A stretch of DNA of 63,662 bases, the filler included, from Klebsormidium nitens (taxonomy: Eukaryota; Plantae; Klebsormidiophyceae), in the NCBI GenBank assembly GCA_000708835.1. It is 6 parts of 6 records of this genome, joined end to end, with 100 filler letters (N's around TTAATTAATTAA, not from the genome) between each part and the next. Parts side by side here need not be neighbours in the genome. Positions count along the whole stretch, not along the records: positions 12,638 to 42,148 come from DF237783.1; positions 42,249 to 59,392 come from DF237973.1; 4 more parts are not named here. The stretch is one strand, 5' to 3'. The notes beneath the pieces were generated by a model. The model was not told where the DNA came from, searched no databases, and worked only from the letters and a program-made list of their open reading frames with translations. The position numbers were made by a program, and so were the translations under genes. The first letter of the stretch is position 1. Every line of letters begins with the position of its first letter. Shown piece after piece: positions 36,101 to 49,023 of this stretch.

Positions 36101-36994
36101 GTCCCCGGACGCTGCCGACAAGTTGGCCACCAGGGGGGCGTGCGTCTCGTCCCAGGCATCGTTGGCCCACACATAATCCACGCCCGCCTGCGAGGACATT
36201 CGGCAGCGTTCTCTGCACTACGTGTAAGTCCCAGGCAGCAGACTATTGTGATAAGGGCTTCAGTGTACAAGCTTGCTTCAAAGTCTATGGACACTGTCAC
36301 CTTATGCGAGAGGTGCTGCCAAGAATGCGAAGAAGGGCAGAATTCTAGCCAGGCCGCAATCTGCAAATTTTCATATTTCCGAACTCTGGAGATGTATCCA
36401 ATTGCAAGTTGTTGCGTGCAAAGATCATAAGAAAGCCTTAGAAGCGTGGCGACTGCCCCCGAAGGTGGCTGTCTACAAGCCTACTTTTTCTATATGTACG
36501 CAATTACGCAGAGCACAGGCTTCGCAATTGCCACAATGCGACAATTCTGGTCAGGCTGTGCCCCATTTCATGGGAAGTCTGCGACCTGACATTTCGACGG
36601 TATCCCCAGTACCTGGTCCAGGTAGCGTGCCCCGCGCACGCCGCACCCGCTCATGACATCCAGCACCCGCAGCCCCGCTCCAGTCTGCTGCTGGTGCACC
36701 CGCGCAGCAAGCACCGCCAGGTCCCTAGACGGGGTGCTCTCGGGCTTGTAGAACGAGGGCCCCACTACGAATTGGGTCCCCCGCTCGGTCTGGACAACGC
36801 CCAGGGGGGCAGCGGAGGAGGGAACAGGGGCAACCACCGCTGCTGGAGTGGTGTCTGCATGGAGCAGCCAAAAATCTATTACACTGATGTACTCCGACAC
36901 AACCGCAGAACTTTGGATGCCAGCATCCTTGCTTTTCCCCAACAACAAGGTGCCCTGGAAGGCCCCAAGCGGCAAGCAACAGAAAGGCAATCAT
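33130..36994 (-). CDS. TRM1: tRNA (guanine-N2,N2)-dimethyltransferase Trm1 family, multi-exon; resembles the divergent plant organellar-type paralog
   Basis: SFYKPESTPSRDLAVL, VLDVMSGCGVRGARY, WANDA, DIVDIDSFGS, GMVYVTSTD, YGSYARP...EMGLRIL, GHCFVCG, GPMWTGPLH, PFFYKLDD, SRSQVSAGAIKTNAS; start codon tentative. Confidence 0.88.
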
Positions 36995-37825
36995 GATGAC
37001 GGCCTTTGACAAAAGAATGGCACCTGTCAATAGGGGGCGCAGAAGAGTCGCTCTATAAACGGCGTCGAAGGACTCTTAAGCCAAAACACATATAAATGAG
37101 GCGTCACGTTGTTTTACAACACTCTGCTTCCAGTAAATTGACCCCACTAAAATGAATGTAGCGTCAGGTGCGTGCAGGGAAGTGTGCGATCAGCGCCCTG
37201 CCATTCCTCAGCACTTAGAGTAACTCTGCATTCTCTGCCCATCTCATCGAAGTACGGTGAGATGGGATATGGATTCAAAGAGCTGATGTCACTGCTGTCA
37301 CTTTCTCTAATGCAAGGGTGGTGCAACCTCAGCCTGGCCACAAGGGCTCCCTAGTCCAACGGGGTTCCTAACGGCCTTACCTGCATTGTGCATCATTTCG
37401 CCACCTTGTGATTGGCCCCTCATTTGCGTCATTGCGTCTGTCGCATACTCCCCGACACAATGAGCTCCTTGGGCCAAGCGATCCTGCGCGTACAATGCTG
37501 CCCAACCTCCTGGCTTCAGCAGACGCCTGCTCGTGGTGGCAAACATGCGCTGCAGTGCAGGTGCGCAGCAACTGAAATGAACCAGCGCGGATGGCTTGAT
37601 GTCAGGCACCTGAGGGTGCAGTCCCACACTAGCAGCAGGGGAGAGGAAAGGCTGCTTCCTAGTCGCCAGCGAGGCCATCAATGCAATGCGGGCCCCACTG
37701 GCACTAGCAGAGCGCCCTACCTATACTATCCGACACACCCGCATTGAGCACAGGCTACTAGTACTAGTACTGCCCGCCACCATTTGCGAATTGGCAGCCT
37801 CCTAGAGACCGAGATCGAGCAGCAA

Positions 37826-37885
37826 GCCAAATGAAGTTCGGACTAAACTTCTGCCCAATCAGAAGGGGCCAAGTCATACCCCCCA
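37826..37885 (+). repeat. Short dispersed repeat related to 41718-41800
   Basis: AGCCA(A/T)ATGAAGTTCGG shared, followed by similar C(C/G)AATCA...GCCA(A/C)GTCA..CCCCCC. Confidence 0.45.
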
Positions 37886-38217
37886 CGGCGATCCGGCCAG
37901 TCCCCAAACATTTCAGGTTTTGGTATCGTCGTTTTACGCCAAAACGTGCCGTACCTCTCCAGGCGCTTTATGACCTTCAACTTGCACGAAATACTAAGTG
38001 GTTTGCTGGGTTGTTCACTTGATAGAGGCCCTTCGACCTAGTTCGGTTTGCTCTGACTTTGGGCTAACCTAATATGTACTTCATTTTGCCTCGGACTCCT
38101 ATAGAGGGGCCGGTCCGATCCACTCTCACCTTTCGTAAGTGTTCGCTGTCAGAGGAAGCGCTGCACAGGCGACACTACCCTAGCATTAGAGCTAGATTCT
38201 ATGTAGTCAGGAGCACA

Positions 38218-41137
38218 ATGATGGAACGGGGCAGTGAAGAATGCATAGCAAGCACGTCCAGCGGAGAAGGAATAGCTTTGCAGGAGACAGAACCTGGCCC
38301 TGACGTCGAAGAAGATGTGCACAACCTGGATGAGCAGAAGCCAGTCTATGTCGGTCCCTCACATGGGTACTCTGGCTTCAAGCGCATGTACAAATTCGAT
38401 GGCAGTCGACGGGTTGTGGTGCCCCCAGCTCTTGATCTGTCGACTCTGACGGATGATGAGGCAGAGTGCCTTCGTCTTGCAGCATTGGGCAGGTATGATG
38501 AGGAGATGATGGGTGGCCTTCTCATTGGTCCCTCGATCTCTGATGGTGGTGGTACCATGATTCCGCTAACTCCTGCTTACGGACCAGATAACATCGTTGA
38601 CTTCTTCCTGCCGAGCCACATCCTCCATGGCAGCTCCCTGCGTGTCTCCAACCTTGTCTATCTTGGGCTTGCAAGCAGCAACTATGGGGTAAGTTCTGTG
38701 TCACAGGACTTGTCATGAAACAACTCTCTTCAGCTCCTCCATGTTCAGAACTTGCTGCAGATCATGCTCGGTGATGAACCTGGAGTGAATGATTCTGAAC
38801 AAGTAGGCCTGCCTGTAGATTGCCTGCAACCTGCACAAATTGTCAGCTCTGAGAGGTGTGTGGGAGATTCATGAAGGCTCATATTCTGTGCAGACGGTGT
38901 CACTCAGGCCAGTCATCCCAAGCCTCCAGCGTGCCAAGCTCGATCGTCAGCTTCATGTTCCTTCCTCACCAACACGTTCTCTTACTACCACCCGAGCAAC
39001 CCCTGATCTTTCGCATGCACAAGCAAGAAATGTGGACCAGCTCGGAGGCTGGTCGAAGTGGAAGATTCCATGTGCAGATTTTCTGGAGGAGGGGCACAAG
39101 CTGGTCTTTTTCAGTTATCCAAGTAAGCTGCATTTTCTTGAAAGCTTCCCTCAAAGGTTCTTTGACGTATGTGCGAATGCACTGGAGCTCCGGAAGCTTC
39201 TCAGATGCTCAGGAGCTCCTCTCGAAAAGTAAAGACGTGACGATGCTCCTGAGTGATATCCCTTAGTGGAAAGGTATGCATGCAGTTGTTGCATTTGGAG
39301 CATTCGGCAGTGCATTCTTTTTTTGCAGCAGTTATGTTCCTGAAAGCATGTGAGAAAACCAACCTCTCTCCCCTTCCTTCTATCTTCTCAGGCCAGCCTG
39401 GGCAGCTTGTTGGTCGAGACTGGGCAGCAAACTATCTGCGGACACCACAAGACTACGAAGAGTACTGCATTCAGGCTGGAGAAGGGGCTGTTCCACCAGA
39501 GCAGTTTTGCTTGGACCCAGACGTAGCCATGCAAAGGTTGATGGGCCTTGCAGGCGATGTATTCTATCCTGATCAGCTGTGCCTCTCTCCTGGTACCGTC
39601 CACAAAGCAAACTCTTTCCTTGTGGAGCACACAGCGACGATGATGCCGCAAAGTTCAGGAGGCGCAGGTTGGTGCAAGCGCAAAATTCTTGTCGCTTGTG
39701 TTGGAGACACTCCCCTCGTTTGATGATGTTCTGCTGGAGGAGATGGTATTGTTTGTTTGCATGTTGTGTCTGGATTCGTTGCATTGGTTCTAAGAATTAG
39801 TTCTGGCGTGCAAAAATTACTATGGTTGGGAAGTGGAATCTTCACTCCTCATCTTGTGGTCTTTTGGGTGTCAAGTTAGTCGTTTGCCCAGCAGCCAAAC
39901 TGTGTGCCTCTCTTTGATGTCTCATGAATTTGAATTTCCTTATATGCTGATGCAGGATGTGCCATGCAGCAACCCTGGAAGTTGCACTGTATGCATCTCC
40001 AAGCTCAGAAGGATTTCCGGCGACAGTATGCATATGCCCTGAGCGTAAACCACCCAGGTATACCCACAAGCATCAAATGTTTGTTCTTAGGGAATAACGA
40101 TCCGGGGCCCCGCTGAGAGGTCTTTTGCTGCCTTGAGCGAGTCGGCTCTGAGTTCACCCTGCAACTGCTTTCCTTGCGTAAGGGGATTCCTAGGATTGGT
40201 CGGACGCAGGCACTCTTCCTGTGAGGGGAAGCCTGATCGAGATTTCTTTGGCTGTGCGCAGTTTGGGTTGCCAACTTCGTTGCAGACGTGCTACCAAGCC
40301 TTGCCAAGGTGCCCACCCGAGCATTTGACGAGCTGGATGTGGACGCGCTTGCATGCCTACAACGCTACTTGAAGCACCATGCAGAGGCCATTGTCCAGCT
40401 CGGCCTCAAGAATAAAGTTGGCCGCTTTCTGAGTGCCCACGAAAGCCGGATTGACTGGAGCTCATGCATCCTGGCAGATCTTCTCTAGGTGAGGTCGACG
40501 ATATCATACAATCCGTGGCCTCTGGTAGGTACAATGCCAACCTTATGGCATGCAGTCCAACTTTTGAAACACAGCGATAAGGACTGACGGAATGGAAGAA
40601 AATCTCAGTTGTCTTCTCGAAACAAGGAGGGACGCTGTAGGAGATGATTGCTTGCCGAGCTTTCCAGGTTCAAATCTCGTGCAAACATGCTTCACCAATC
40701 ACTGACGACAAGGCCTCTTCAGTGTCCAAATCTCGCCAGCTTCATATTTGGGAGAGCATCCCCAATTATGGCCTAGGCTTGCTGACTTCTTTTGGTCGAA
40801 TATAAAATCTCCTAGTTGCCGACTTGTGGAGAACATTGCAGACAACTTCAGTGGAATGTTCAAGGCCAGGATATGGTGAAGAGCAAGCTGCTTGAGCTGC
40901 TTTGTTGTCGCATGTTGTCAGACTCCTTCCTGCTTGTTCAAGTCAAGAGAGCCAAAGATGAATGTGGCACACAGACTCGTCACTTTTTCGGTGTTTCATA
41001 AGCTTGATTCAGGTCCTTCTCCTGCAGGACTTCGGGGTGATTTTCAAGATTGGGCTCACGCTGAAGCCCTTCTCATGCCCAGGTCCGAGGCTGTAGATGA
41101 GTCTCAAGTGCAAAACGAAGGAAAGGGCACCGCCTAG
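38218..41137 (+). CDS. Uncharacterised multi-exon gene (possibly decayed)
   Basis: Several coding-like exons with GT-AG borders (38218-38688, 38761-38802, ~39390-39720, ~40286-40488, ~41030-41137); no recognisable domain. Confidence 0.4.
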
Positions 41138-41717
41138 GACAAGGAGCTAAACGGCGTGTTAAATTACACTTGTTCTGCTAATTGTTCAGGTTGAAGCAAA
41201 TGGTACTCGAAAGGAACAATAGCCTAAGTGTAGTTCATGGTGCTCGAGGCTTGAACTGAATCATAATAGTTGTGTGCAGCACTGTCTTGGTGAGCTTCTC
41301 TATGAAACCCAACCGTTCATATTCTGATGGAACTGCCACATGTCAACTTTGTGGTTCTCCAATTGGATTTGTGTTGAAATGGATCTCTCAAGAAGTTACT
41401 CAAGAAGTACAGTGGCGTCGATAAGTATCCCTCAATTGGAGATAGTAATGGCAGTGCATCCGGGCTTTTTACCATTCTTGGTACTGAAAGCAGAATTTTC
41501 GAAGGGAGAGTGCCAAGCGATCATGGCTTTCGGAGACAGTGGCTAATAAGTTATTGGATTGTTGCCTACATGTTTCATGGAAGCTTCCTAGCTTCATATG
41601 CAGTTGCACCCAACACCGTTTTGATATGATCAGGTAACAATAACAATGACAAAAGTGAGTGCTACGGCACCTCAAAAGTCAATGATGCGATAAGGAACCT
41701 CAACTAACGAACGTCAT

Positions 41718-41800
41718 TTTAGTCCGAACTTCAAGCCATATGAAGTTCGGTGTTAAATCTGGGCGAATCACAGCGCGCCACGTCAGCCCCCCCCGGTACC
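41718..41800 (+). repeat. Dispersed repeat with 10-bp hairpin CCGAACTTCA-N7-TGAAGTTCGG
   Basis: Hairpin at 41724-41750; TTTAGTCCGAACTTCA is the exact reverse complement of 37832-37847. Confidence 0.5.
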
Positions 41801-42148
41801 AAAAGAGTGAAGGTGTCCGGAACGGTCGTACCAGGGGTCGAAACCTGGAGTGGGAGCCGGGTGCGGACCCAAGTGGTCCCCGATCACCGGGCACTCGGAA
41901 GCAATGCAAGTGTACTCCTAAGTAGGTTACCTTCTCCTCCGAAAATTCAAGTACAATATTGCAGCTTTTGCGGGTATGGCCTTACATACATATATATTGC
42001 CAAATTGATCCAAGAGAGAAAACTTTGTACTACTAATCTGTTATATTCTCTTCTCCCAAAAGTCATTACAATATTGCATCTTTTATCAGGTATGGCCTTA
42101 CATACATACATATTGGCAATTTAATCCGAGAGGGAAAACTCTATACTA

Positions 42149-42248
42149 NNNNNNNNNNNNNNNNNNNNNNNNNNNNNNNNNNNNNNNNNNNNTTAATTAA
42201 TTAANNNNNNNNNNNNNNNNNNNNNNNNNNNNNNNNNNNNNNNNNNNN
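42149..42248. other. Artificial contig spacer
   Basis: N44-TTAATTAATTAA-N44. Confidence 0.97.
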
Positions 42249-42620
42249 CACAGGGCACTTTCGCACTCAACCAGGACTCTCAACCAAGCGCCAACCAGAG
42301 ACTTCCAGGCGCCAACCAGACCCGGCCTGGTTGACGGGCCTCAACCGGGGTATGATTGACCGTCAACCGGGCGGGGCCTCGTTGAGAGCTCTCATCCAGG
42401 ACTGGTTGACGTCAACCATGACCGGTTGATCGTCAACCGGGCAGGTCTGGTTGACGGTATTCTCAACCAGAGCACGGATGGCCGTCAACCGGGGCGGGCC
42501 CGGTTGACGCCCAACCAGAGTGCGGTTAGCGTTTGGTTGACGCCTGGTTAATCGCTGGTTGAGGATAACGGGAAAATGTGTACAATCGTTAAAGATAACC
42601 CGCCAGATCAACCGGGCAGT
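42249..42620. repeat. Left subterminal repeat array (YCAACCRG / CYGGTTGR in both orientations)
   Basis: Many direct and inverted copies, e.g. GGTTGACGTCAACC, CCGGTTGATCGTCAACCGG. Confidence 0.85.
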
Positions 42621-43231
42621 ATGCACCGTCACCAGGTTGTATGTTTCTTACCGAGAAACAGGAGTGAAACTCAAGAAAGTCAGCAAATTGCTCAGAAGCA
42701 CTCAAACCACTCGAACCAGGCAAATCAGCAATACCAACACAAGTTGCAGCCTTCCTGGAAGTAGACGAAGTGCAGAATATACAAATGGTGTCCCCAAAAA
42801 GCCTTGCCAGTCAGCGCTTCAATCTTGGTAAGATGGACTGCCAAGAACCGCGGAAACCATTTCAGCAGATACGAGAAAAGGACTTCATACGTTCAAGTTG
42901 TCCGACCAGGAAGACGGATGTAACGCGTGACAACGATCAGGATCGCAACTTGGAAGTGCTAAACGCTCAGGCAAGTACTTCTGAAGCCTTCAAGAGGAGC
43001 TGCTTCCAAGATACAACACAAGTGCCCAGTACAGAAGTCTGTTTGTAGATAATTACCAATAGCGTGTTGCTGCATCGTTAGCCCTACTGTCCTACTTTAG
43101 GCCGACGCCGCTGACGCGATTTGTATAAGTACAACCTGCCAAAAGAAACAAGAAGAACACGTTAGATTCTAACCGAGCCGTTCTGATCGCAGAGGAAGCG
43201 CCCAATCTTTCGCAGCAAGACTCGCGGCGGG

Positions 43232-44173
43232 CTACCAGTGAGGTTCGAGACAGCTTCCGAACGTGCACTTGTCGCTTCTTTGCCGCGCGCCCACCTTATG
43301 CACGGCGGTGGCCTTGCGGACGTAGCGCTCCAGCTGGTAAATTTGCGTTGCCGGTGGCTCCAGCCCTTCGATATTGTCACTTCCCACCTCGCTGACGTGT
43401 CCGCAGACTTGGCGGCTGAGGTAGACGATGGCGTCGATGACGGCGCCGTCGTTGGCGGCGCGCAGGTGGTGGAGAACAACGGCGGTAAGGGGGGCGGGAC
43501 CAGAGCGGTTGTCGGCGGCGAGGTCGGGGAGCCAGGGGCGGGGACCCGCGGGGTTGTTGGGACTGGGGTGAGATGCCAGGGCGCGGTCGGGCACAGGATC
43601 AGGGTACCCGGTTCTTGCAACCGGGGGAGAGGTCGAGCGGCAATCGGGGGCGGGACCAGGGAGTTGGACCTGGTTACCGGGGAGAGAGGCCAACGGTTGG
43701 TTGGGGTCTGGGTCCAAGAGCCGGTTCGATTGCTCGCGAGAGAGGCCACAGCGGCGGTCGAGGCTGGGGGCAATGAGCGGTCGTTGGGGGTGGGGGCGGG
43801 GTGCCCGTTCTTGTGACCGGGGGAAAGGCCAGAGCGGTGTTGGGGGGTTTTGGAGAGCCGGTTTGGTGGTCCGGGGAGAGGCAAAAGCGGAGCGTGGGGC
43901 AGAGTCGGGGAGCCGTTTCTGTTGGCGTGGGGCAAAGGCAAGAGCGCTGGGAGCCGGGGGGGGAGAGGTCAGAGCGGAGTTCGGGGGCGGGGTCGGGGTA
44001 CCCGGTTCGGGGCGACCGGGGGATTTTATGTTCCGCGGGCTTGCAATTGCATCGGGGACGAGCTGTGCACCAGGAAAAGGACGGTCGTCAGTATCGAGTC
44101 GACACCTCCGTAAGTCGACTACAAACATCGCTTGGAAGGAGCGAACAAGGCATATGGAACAAAATAAACTCAA
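43232..44173 (-). CDS. Pro-rich hypothetical ORF within the transposon, with degenerate internal tandem repeats
   Basis: 313-aa frame with a non-repetitive C-terminus (AVVLHHLRAANDGAVIDAIVYLSRQVCGH...); plus strand shows recurring CCGGGG(G)AGAGG units. Confidence 0.4.
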   Translation of the reverse strand: MSLFCSICLVRSFQAMFVVDLRRCRLDTDDRPFPGAQLVPDAIASPRNIKSPGRPEPGTPTPPPNSALTSPPPAPSALAFAPRQQKRLPDSAPRSAFASPRTTKPALQNPPTPLWPFPRSQERAPRPHPQRPLIAPSLDRRCGLSREQSNRLLDPDPNQPLASLPGNQVQLPGPAPDCRSTSPPVARTGYPDPVPDRALASHPSPNNPAGPRPWLPDLAADNRSGPAPLTAVVLHHLRAANDGAVIDAIVYLSRQVCGHVSEVGSDNIEGLEPPATQIYQLERYVRKATAVHKVGARQRSDKCTFGSCLEPHW

Positions 44174-44431
44174 TAAGACCAGAATGCAAGTTGAAGCTTT
44201 CTCGATTGATTGCTGTTGTTCCGCCCCCCCGATCGTTCAGATCCAGGAAATCTAAAGCCGACTGCGATGATTTTCCAAAAGGCTTCGAGAACCGAAACAA
44301 GCAGACTTCTTGAGCTCGTCCAAATAACGTGAAGTGCCAGCGGCCATGCAGCGCTTCAGCGTCCTCGGATCTAATTGACAGAACTCTCTGCAAGAGAAAA
44401 GATCATTGAGGCAAAGCAAGTAAATTCACCT

Positions 44432-47400
44432 CTAGATACGAAGTATGGGTGGCATCGCTTGGAAGTAGAACCGGCGGTTTGCCCCCCGTCCTTCCTCCCG
44501 GACGCCGCCCACTCTGTCCAAGATGTCGTCCCACCCCATCTCGAAGTTGGCGTAGTCACGCCACAGCTTCCAGCACTGGGGCTCGTCGACTCCGCCGCTC
44601 ACTTTCCTGAGGTACACCAGGTCCGCCCGCTTGTCTTCTGTGTCGACATCCACAACCCACGCGTAGTCCACGACCTGCCCCGGGCCCACCGTCTTGAGGA
44701 TGCACTGGGAGGGAACTGGAACTTCGGACTCCCAGGTGTTGTCATCCTGCGGCGCATCGGCAGGGTCGAAAGACGCACTGTCCGACGCGACGCGCACCAC
44801 GTCCCCAACCTGCTCGTCAAGAAAGAAAGATTTAGCCGTGGAATTCACACCCGAACTTGGAGCACACCTTCTTGAACTGAGCAAGTCTGAGAATCCCGAA
44901 TGAGGGGCTGAGATTGGCAGCTGCAGGCACCAGCTGCTATCAGAACGTGCCCTATACTTTCTATACTTGTCAGACTTTTCCAAACTCACGGAAATGCTCG
45001 ACTACGAAGGCAGTTCGAGATGCCAAAGCAGGACGGTCTGCAAAAATTTCTCGACGTACACATCTTTGGCCGCCGACGTTCATGTGAGGCAAGGGGCTCA
45101 GCGTAAATCTTTCCTTTCTATCACCCAAAAAGAGACGATTCCAGATGGCCAGCAACTGACCGCTTCTTGAGCAGCCGCACGACAACAAGCTGATCAGAAC
45201 TCGAAGAATGTCAATCTGTCAAACGACAAAGACTGGCGAACGTCACTGCTCTTTGTTTCCAGCACAATTTTGCTTTGAGCAAGCCCAACCCTCACCTCGA
45301 TATGCAGGGGCACCTTCACATCGCTCGCCGAAAAGCCCAGCGAAGGCGGTGCGATCTCAATCACGATGTTCGAGGGAGACGAAGCCGGCGTGTGGCCTTC
45401 TTCCGGGTACGGGATAAAGTGGCGCAGGACGTCCCGGGCGGTGCAGACTCCATCCGGCCGCAGCTGCTGAAGGGACCCGAGCTGCACCTTGTTGTGCCAC
45501 GGGGCCCCGATCCGTCGACCGTTCTCGTCGAGGGGGATCTCAAAGAATGTGCAGTCCATTAGCGGCCAGTGCTGGCCGTCCTCATCCCTGACTACGTAAA
45601 CGGCCTCAATTTTGCCGAACCGCTCGGATTCTGCGCCCCCCCCGCCAGCCACAATGACAAAGTCGGAAGCAGAATAGTTCGCCCGGCCCCTTGTTAAACT
45701 CTTTATCAAAACTCGAGCAGGGCCTTTCCGCCCTTGCGCCAGGCTGGAGCCGCCACACTGCCGCACGATCGCGTCCACGATTGGCAGCTTGACAGGGCCG
45801 AGGAGTTCGTACGAGGAGATCCGCCAGTTTTTAGGAAGACTTCCGATTGCTACCCCCTCCGTTTCTACACTGTGCAGAATGGCCGGATCTTCTAGCTTTG
45901 CAACGGAAGGGGGGTCGCAGGGAATTTTCTGGGTAATTTCTAAGGCGCTCTCTTGGCCCAACACGAACACAAGACCTTCAAACTCCTTCCGCGCGAGCGC
46001 CCAGACTGCATCTGCCCCGTTCAGCCCCTTCTCTTTCAGCTCCGCTTCCCGGTGCCGCCGGTTGAGGCAGCGGCTCGTTAGCCCCCTGTGCTCTCGCTTG
46101 GCGTACGTCTTGGCCATTTGCCTGCCGTTGGTCGGAGTGCGGACCAACCGCCTCACGTACCGTTCCTGCGCCCACACCCAGAAGGCGGTCAGGCTGCCGT
46201 GCGTCTTGATGTCCTCCACAGAGTGCCGACCGAGGTCGTGCGCCAACGGCCTCTGCTTTGTCCCCAAGTACTCCTCCATCCTTACAAACACCGCCAAACA
46301 AAGAGCCTCGAAAAGCAGCTTTCTCTCCTGACTCCACCCCAGCCTGTGCGCCAAATGTACGAGTTGCTCAATCTTGCACACCAGGCTCGTAATCACAAAG
46401 CCCTCTGCGTCGATGCAACCTGCGTACACAACCTCCCCGCACACCCTCGCAAACTTTTCAAATTCCTCCGCCTTCCAGTAGCCGAGCTTCTTCAACCCGG
46501 GCTCCACAGGAAACCGACCGCTCTTAAGCTCGCGCGTCGGCCAGATCCGCGACAGCCGCTCCCCGAAGTCTTCTAGCTCCACCACTGGCCCGAGAAGGGG
46601 ATCCCTCTCGTCGATGTCCTTCCCCCTGTTTGCGTACTCCCCCCCGGCCAGCATCAACGTGTCGTTGATCCAGTTCTTGACGAGGTTCAGGGCCCCCCGG
46701 TGCATGTGGTCGCTGAGGGTCATTCTGGGGGGGTTAAAACGGGACACTTTGACTAGAAGGAGGAGAAAGGAGAACCCGGACCACCCCAGCTCCGTGGTCA
46801 GCCGGTCTCGCTCCGCTTGAGAGTCGGCAAAGCGGTGCCGAGTGGCCGCTTCCAAGATCTCTTCAATGGTTCTTGGTTGGCAAGGGAACCGCGCGTTGGA
46901 CCTTGCCTCTGCGTACACCACCCTCCGCAGCGCCTCCTCGTAGACCCCCCTCTTTTTGCAGCGCCGTGATGCATTGTAGCCCCCTTGAGCAAACTTCAGA
47001 AGCTCTGCAAGCCCGGGGAAGTCTGCGACCAATGCCAGCAGCATCACTCTAATCAGCACGGTGCCCCCGGCCGGGCTGTGGGGCAAACGGGGGTCCACCT
47101 CCTTGGATGGCAGCGCGTACTCAACCCGGAGCCCCTTAATGAAAAGCCGGATGTATTCAAGGGTTAAAATCCACATGACGGGGTCGAGGAAATCGACGCC
47201 TGAGCCAAGGTCTTCAACAGGGGGGAAGGCTAAAGGACACACCCAATGCTCCCGCAGGTGCAATCTCTCCTCCTTGCAGACAGTTAGCGGTTGAAAGTCC
47301 AGGATCGCAGCAAGGCGGCCTGTGGTGCTTGACGCCTGGAAGCCGTCAAAGTGGGGCATTACCGGCACGTTTCGGGGATCCCCCTTGATGTAGAGCTCCT

Positions 47401-49023
47401 CCCTAGAAGCGCGCATGTCCCCCCCGCACCGTTCGCAGACAACTTCATACACTTGCTCCGCCTCATTCCATTTGCTCTCTTCAACCAAGACAAAGCTGGG
47501 GAGTTTCAAGTGCCGGCTGCAGTAAAACTCCCTTTCCTCGTTGCACCGCTCGCAGGCCAAGGGGAGCGTGAACTCTCTTTCCGGATCCAAAAATGCAGAG
47601 TGCTCCCGGAAGACCTCCCCGTCCCACACCTCATGCTGCACTTCCGGCGCCTCCTCCCGGCCCTTCCCCCGCCAACGCTCTTTCTGGGACCAAGCACCGA
47701 GCAAGCTTCGGCACCCCACTTCCGTGACCATGCTCGCCCTTAGGTGAGGTGCATGACCGAGCCAGACGAACTCCTTGCAGTCCTTGCGCGCAACGTTGCA
47801 GGAGTCGCAACGGGGCTGATGCTCCTCGCAGTCTTCCCGCTTGCGCCGCGGGCGCTGATCCGGAGGACAGAGAGGGCACGGAGCAGCAGCATCTGCGAGC
47901 GGTGGGAAGACGTGCCATGTGTTGTCCTCTTCGACTAAGAACCTCCAGCTCTCCGGGCCGCCGATTTTCTCTCCGGCACCCTGGACAGTGCTGATCAGCT
48001 GCAGACGGAAAGGAAAAGCATGTAAACAAAGGAACGCATGTACAATAGGTAATTGAGAAGCAGCTTGTCTGCAGCTTACCTGTAAAAACGATTTCAATGC
48101 AGATCTGGCGGTCACAGGCTCATTAGCAGCGATCACTTGCATGCAGCATTGAGGAATTCAAGAAGTATCCCTCTACGACTCCAACTTAGTGCAATCCACG
48201 AGAGTCCTGTCTAGGCTTGCATTCCCACTGAACTTTGAATAGACAACACCAACTGAGAACAGCAAAGCAGGATGTGTCAAGAAGTACAGATACGTAGCTT
48301 CATGAGTCCTGATACCACCACAGCACCACCACAGCATCAGCGCCGTTGTCGTCTTGGGCTCGAAGTTCTGCCTGAGACATTTTTCCTCTTTGTGTTCCTA
48401 AAGAATCTTGTCAGAAGGAACAGTAATTGAGACGCTTAAGTCACATCTGCAGCACGATGACAACTCGCACATCTTCCAAGAAAGTGTCAAAGTCTCAGGC
48501 TCACCTTCGCAAATGAATCCGGCACAGGAGACTGCCGCACTCGCTCTCTCCACTCAGAATCGATCGCAACGGCCACCGACTTCTCGGGCGCCAAACTCCA
48601 TTTCAGAAGCCAGTCCAGGTCATTGTTGCTGAACTCATGCTCGTTACCGTACTCAACAAGCTCCGCCAACCGTGCGAGCAGAGCTGGACTGCAGGTTTGT
48701 TGCTGCTGCTCAAGCCCTAATTCATTGAGCACTTGATCAGACGGTTCAGCCAGCTGTTCTTCAGCAACATCTTCGTCAGCATCTGCGGCCTCTCCGACGG
48801 CTTCAACTCGCGCGGCATTGTTGTCCGGCAGCTCTACACTGCCTTCAGGCTCAAATCTTTCATCAAAGAAAGTGTGATCTTCTCGGAAACCCCATGTCTG
48901 GTTGATCAGAAGGTCCCTTGCACGATGCTGCGTAGGCGTGTTTTTGCTTTTCCAATGCACACCACCGATTCGCCTTCCGCAACCCTTTGAGAAACAGTTA
49001 CAGACATACGTTTTGCTGCTCAT
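44432..49023 (-). CDS. CACTA/En-Spm (TnpD, Transposase_21-like) DDE transposase with C-terminal BAH-like region; exons approx. 49023-48490, 48000-45296, 44809-44432
   Basis: N-terminal CNC..C; GDPRNVPVMPHFDGFQ; IRVMLLALVADFPG; NPPRMTLSDHMH; WKAEEF; HDLGRHSVEDIKTHGSLTAFWVWAQERYVRRL. Confidence 0.85.

Noticed and set aside
40114-40236. Three in-frame TGA codons suggesting readthrough or selenocysteine
   Set aside because: Two fall inside a plausible intron (GTAAGG ~40178 to TTGCAG ~40285); the rest is explained by splicing or decay; no SECIS evidence
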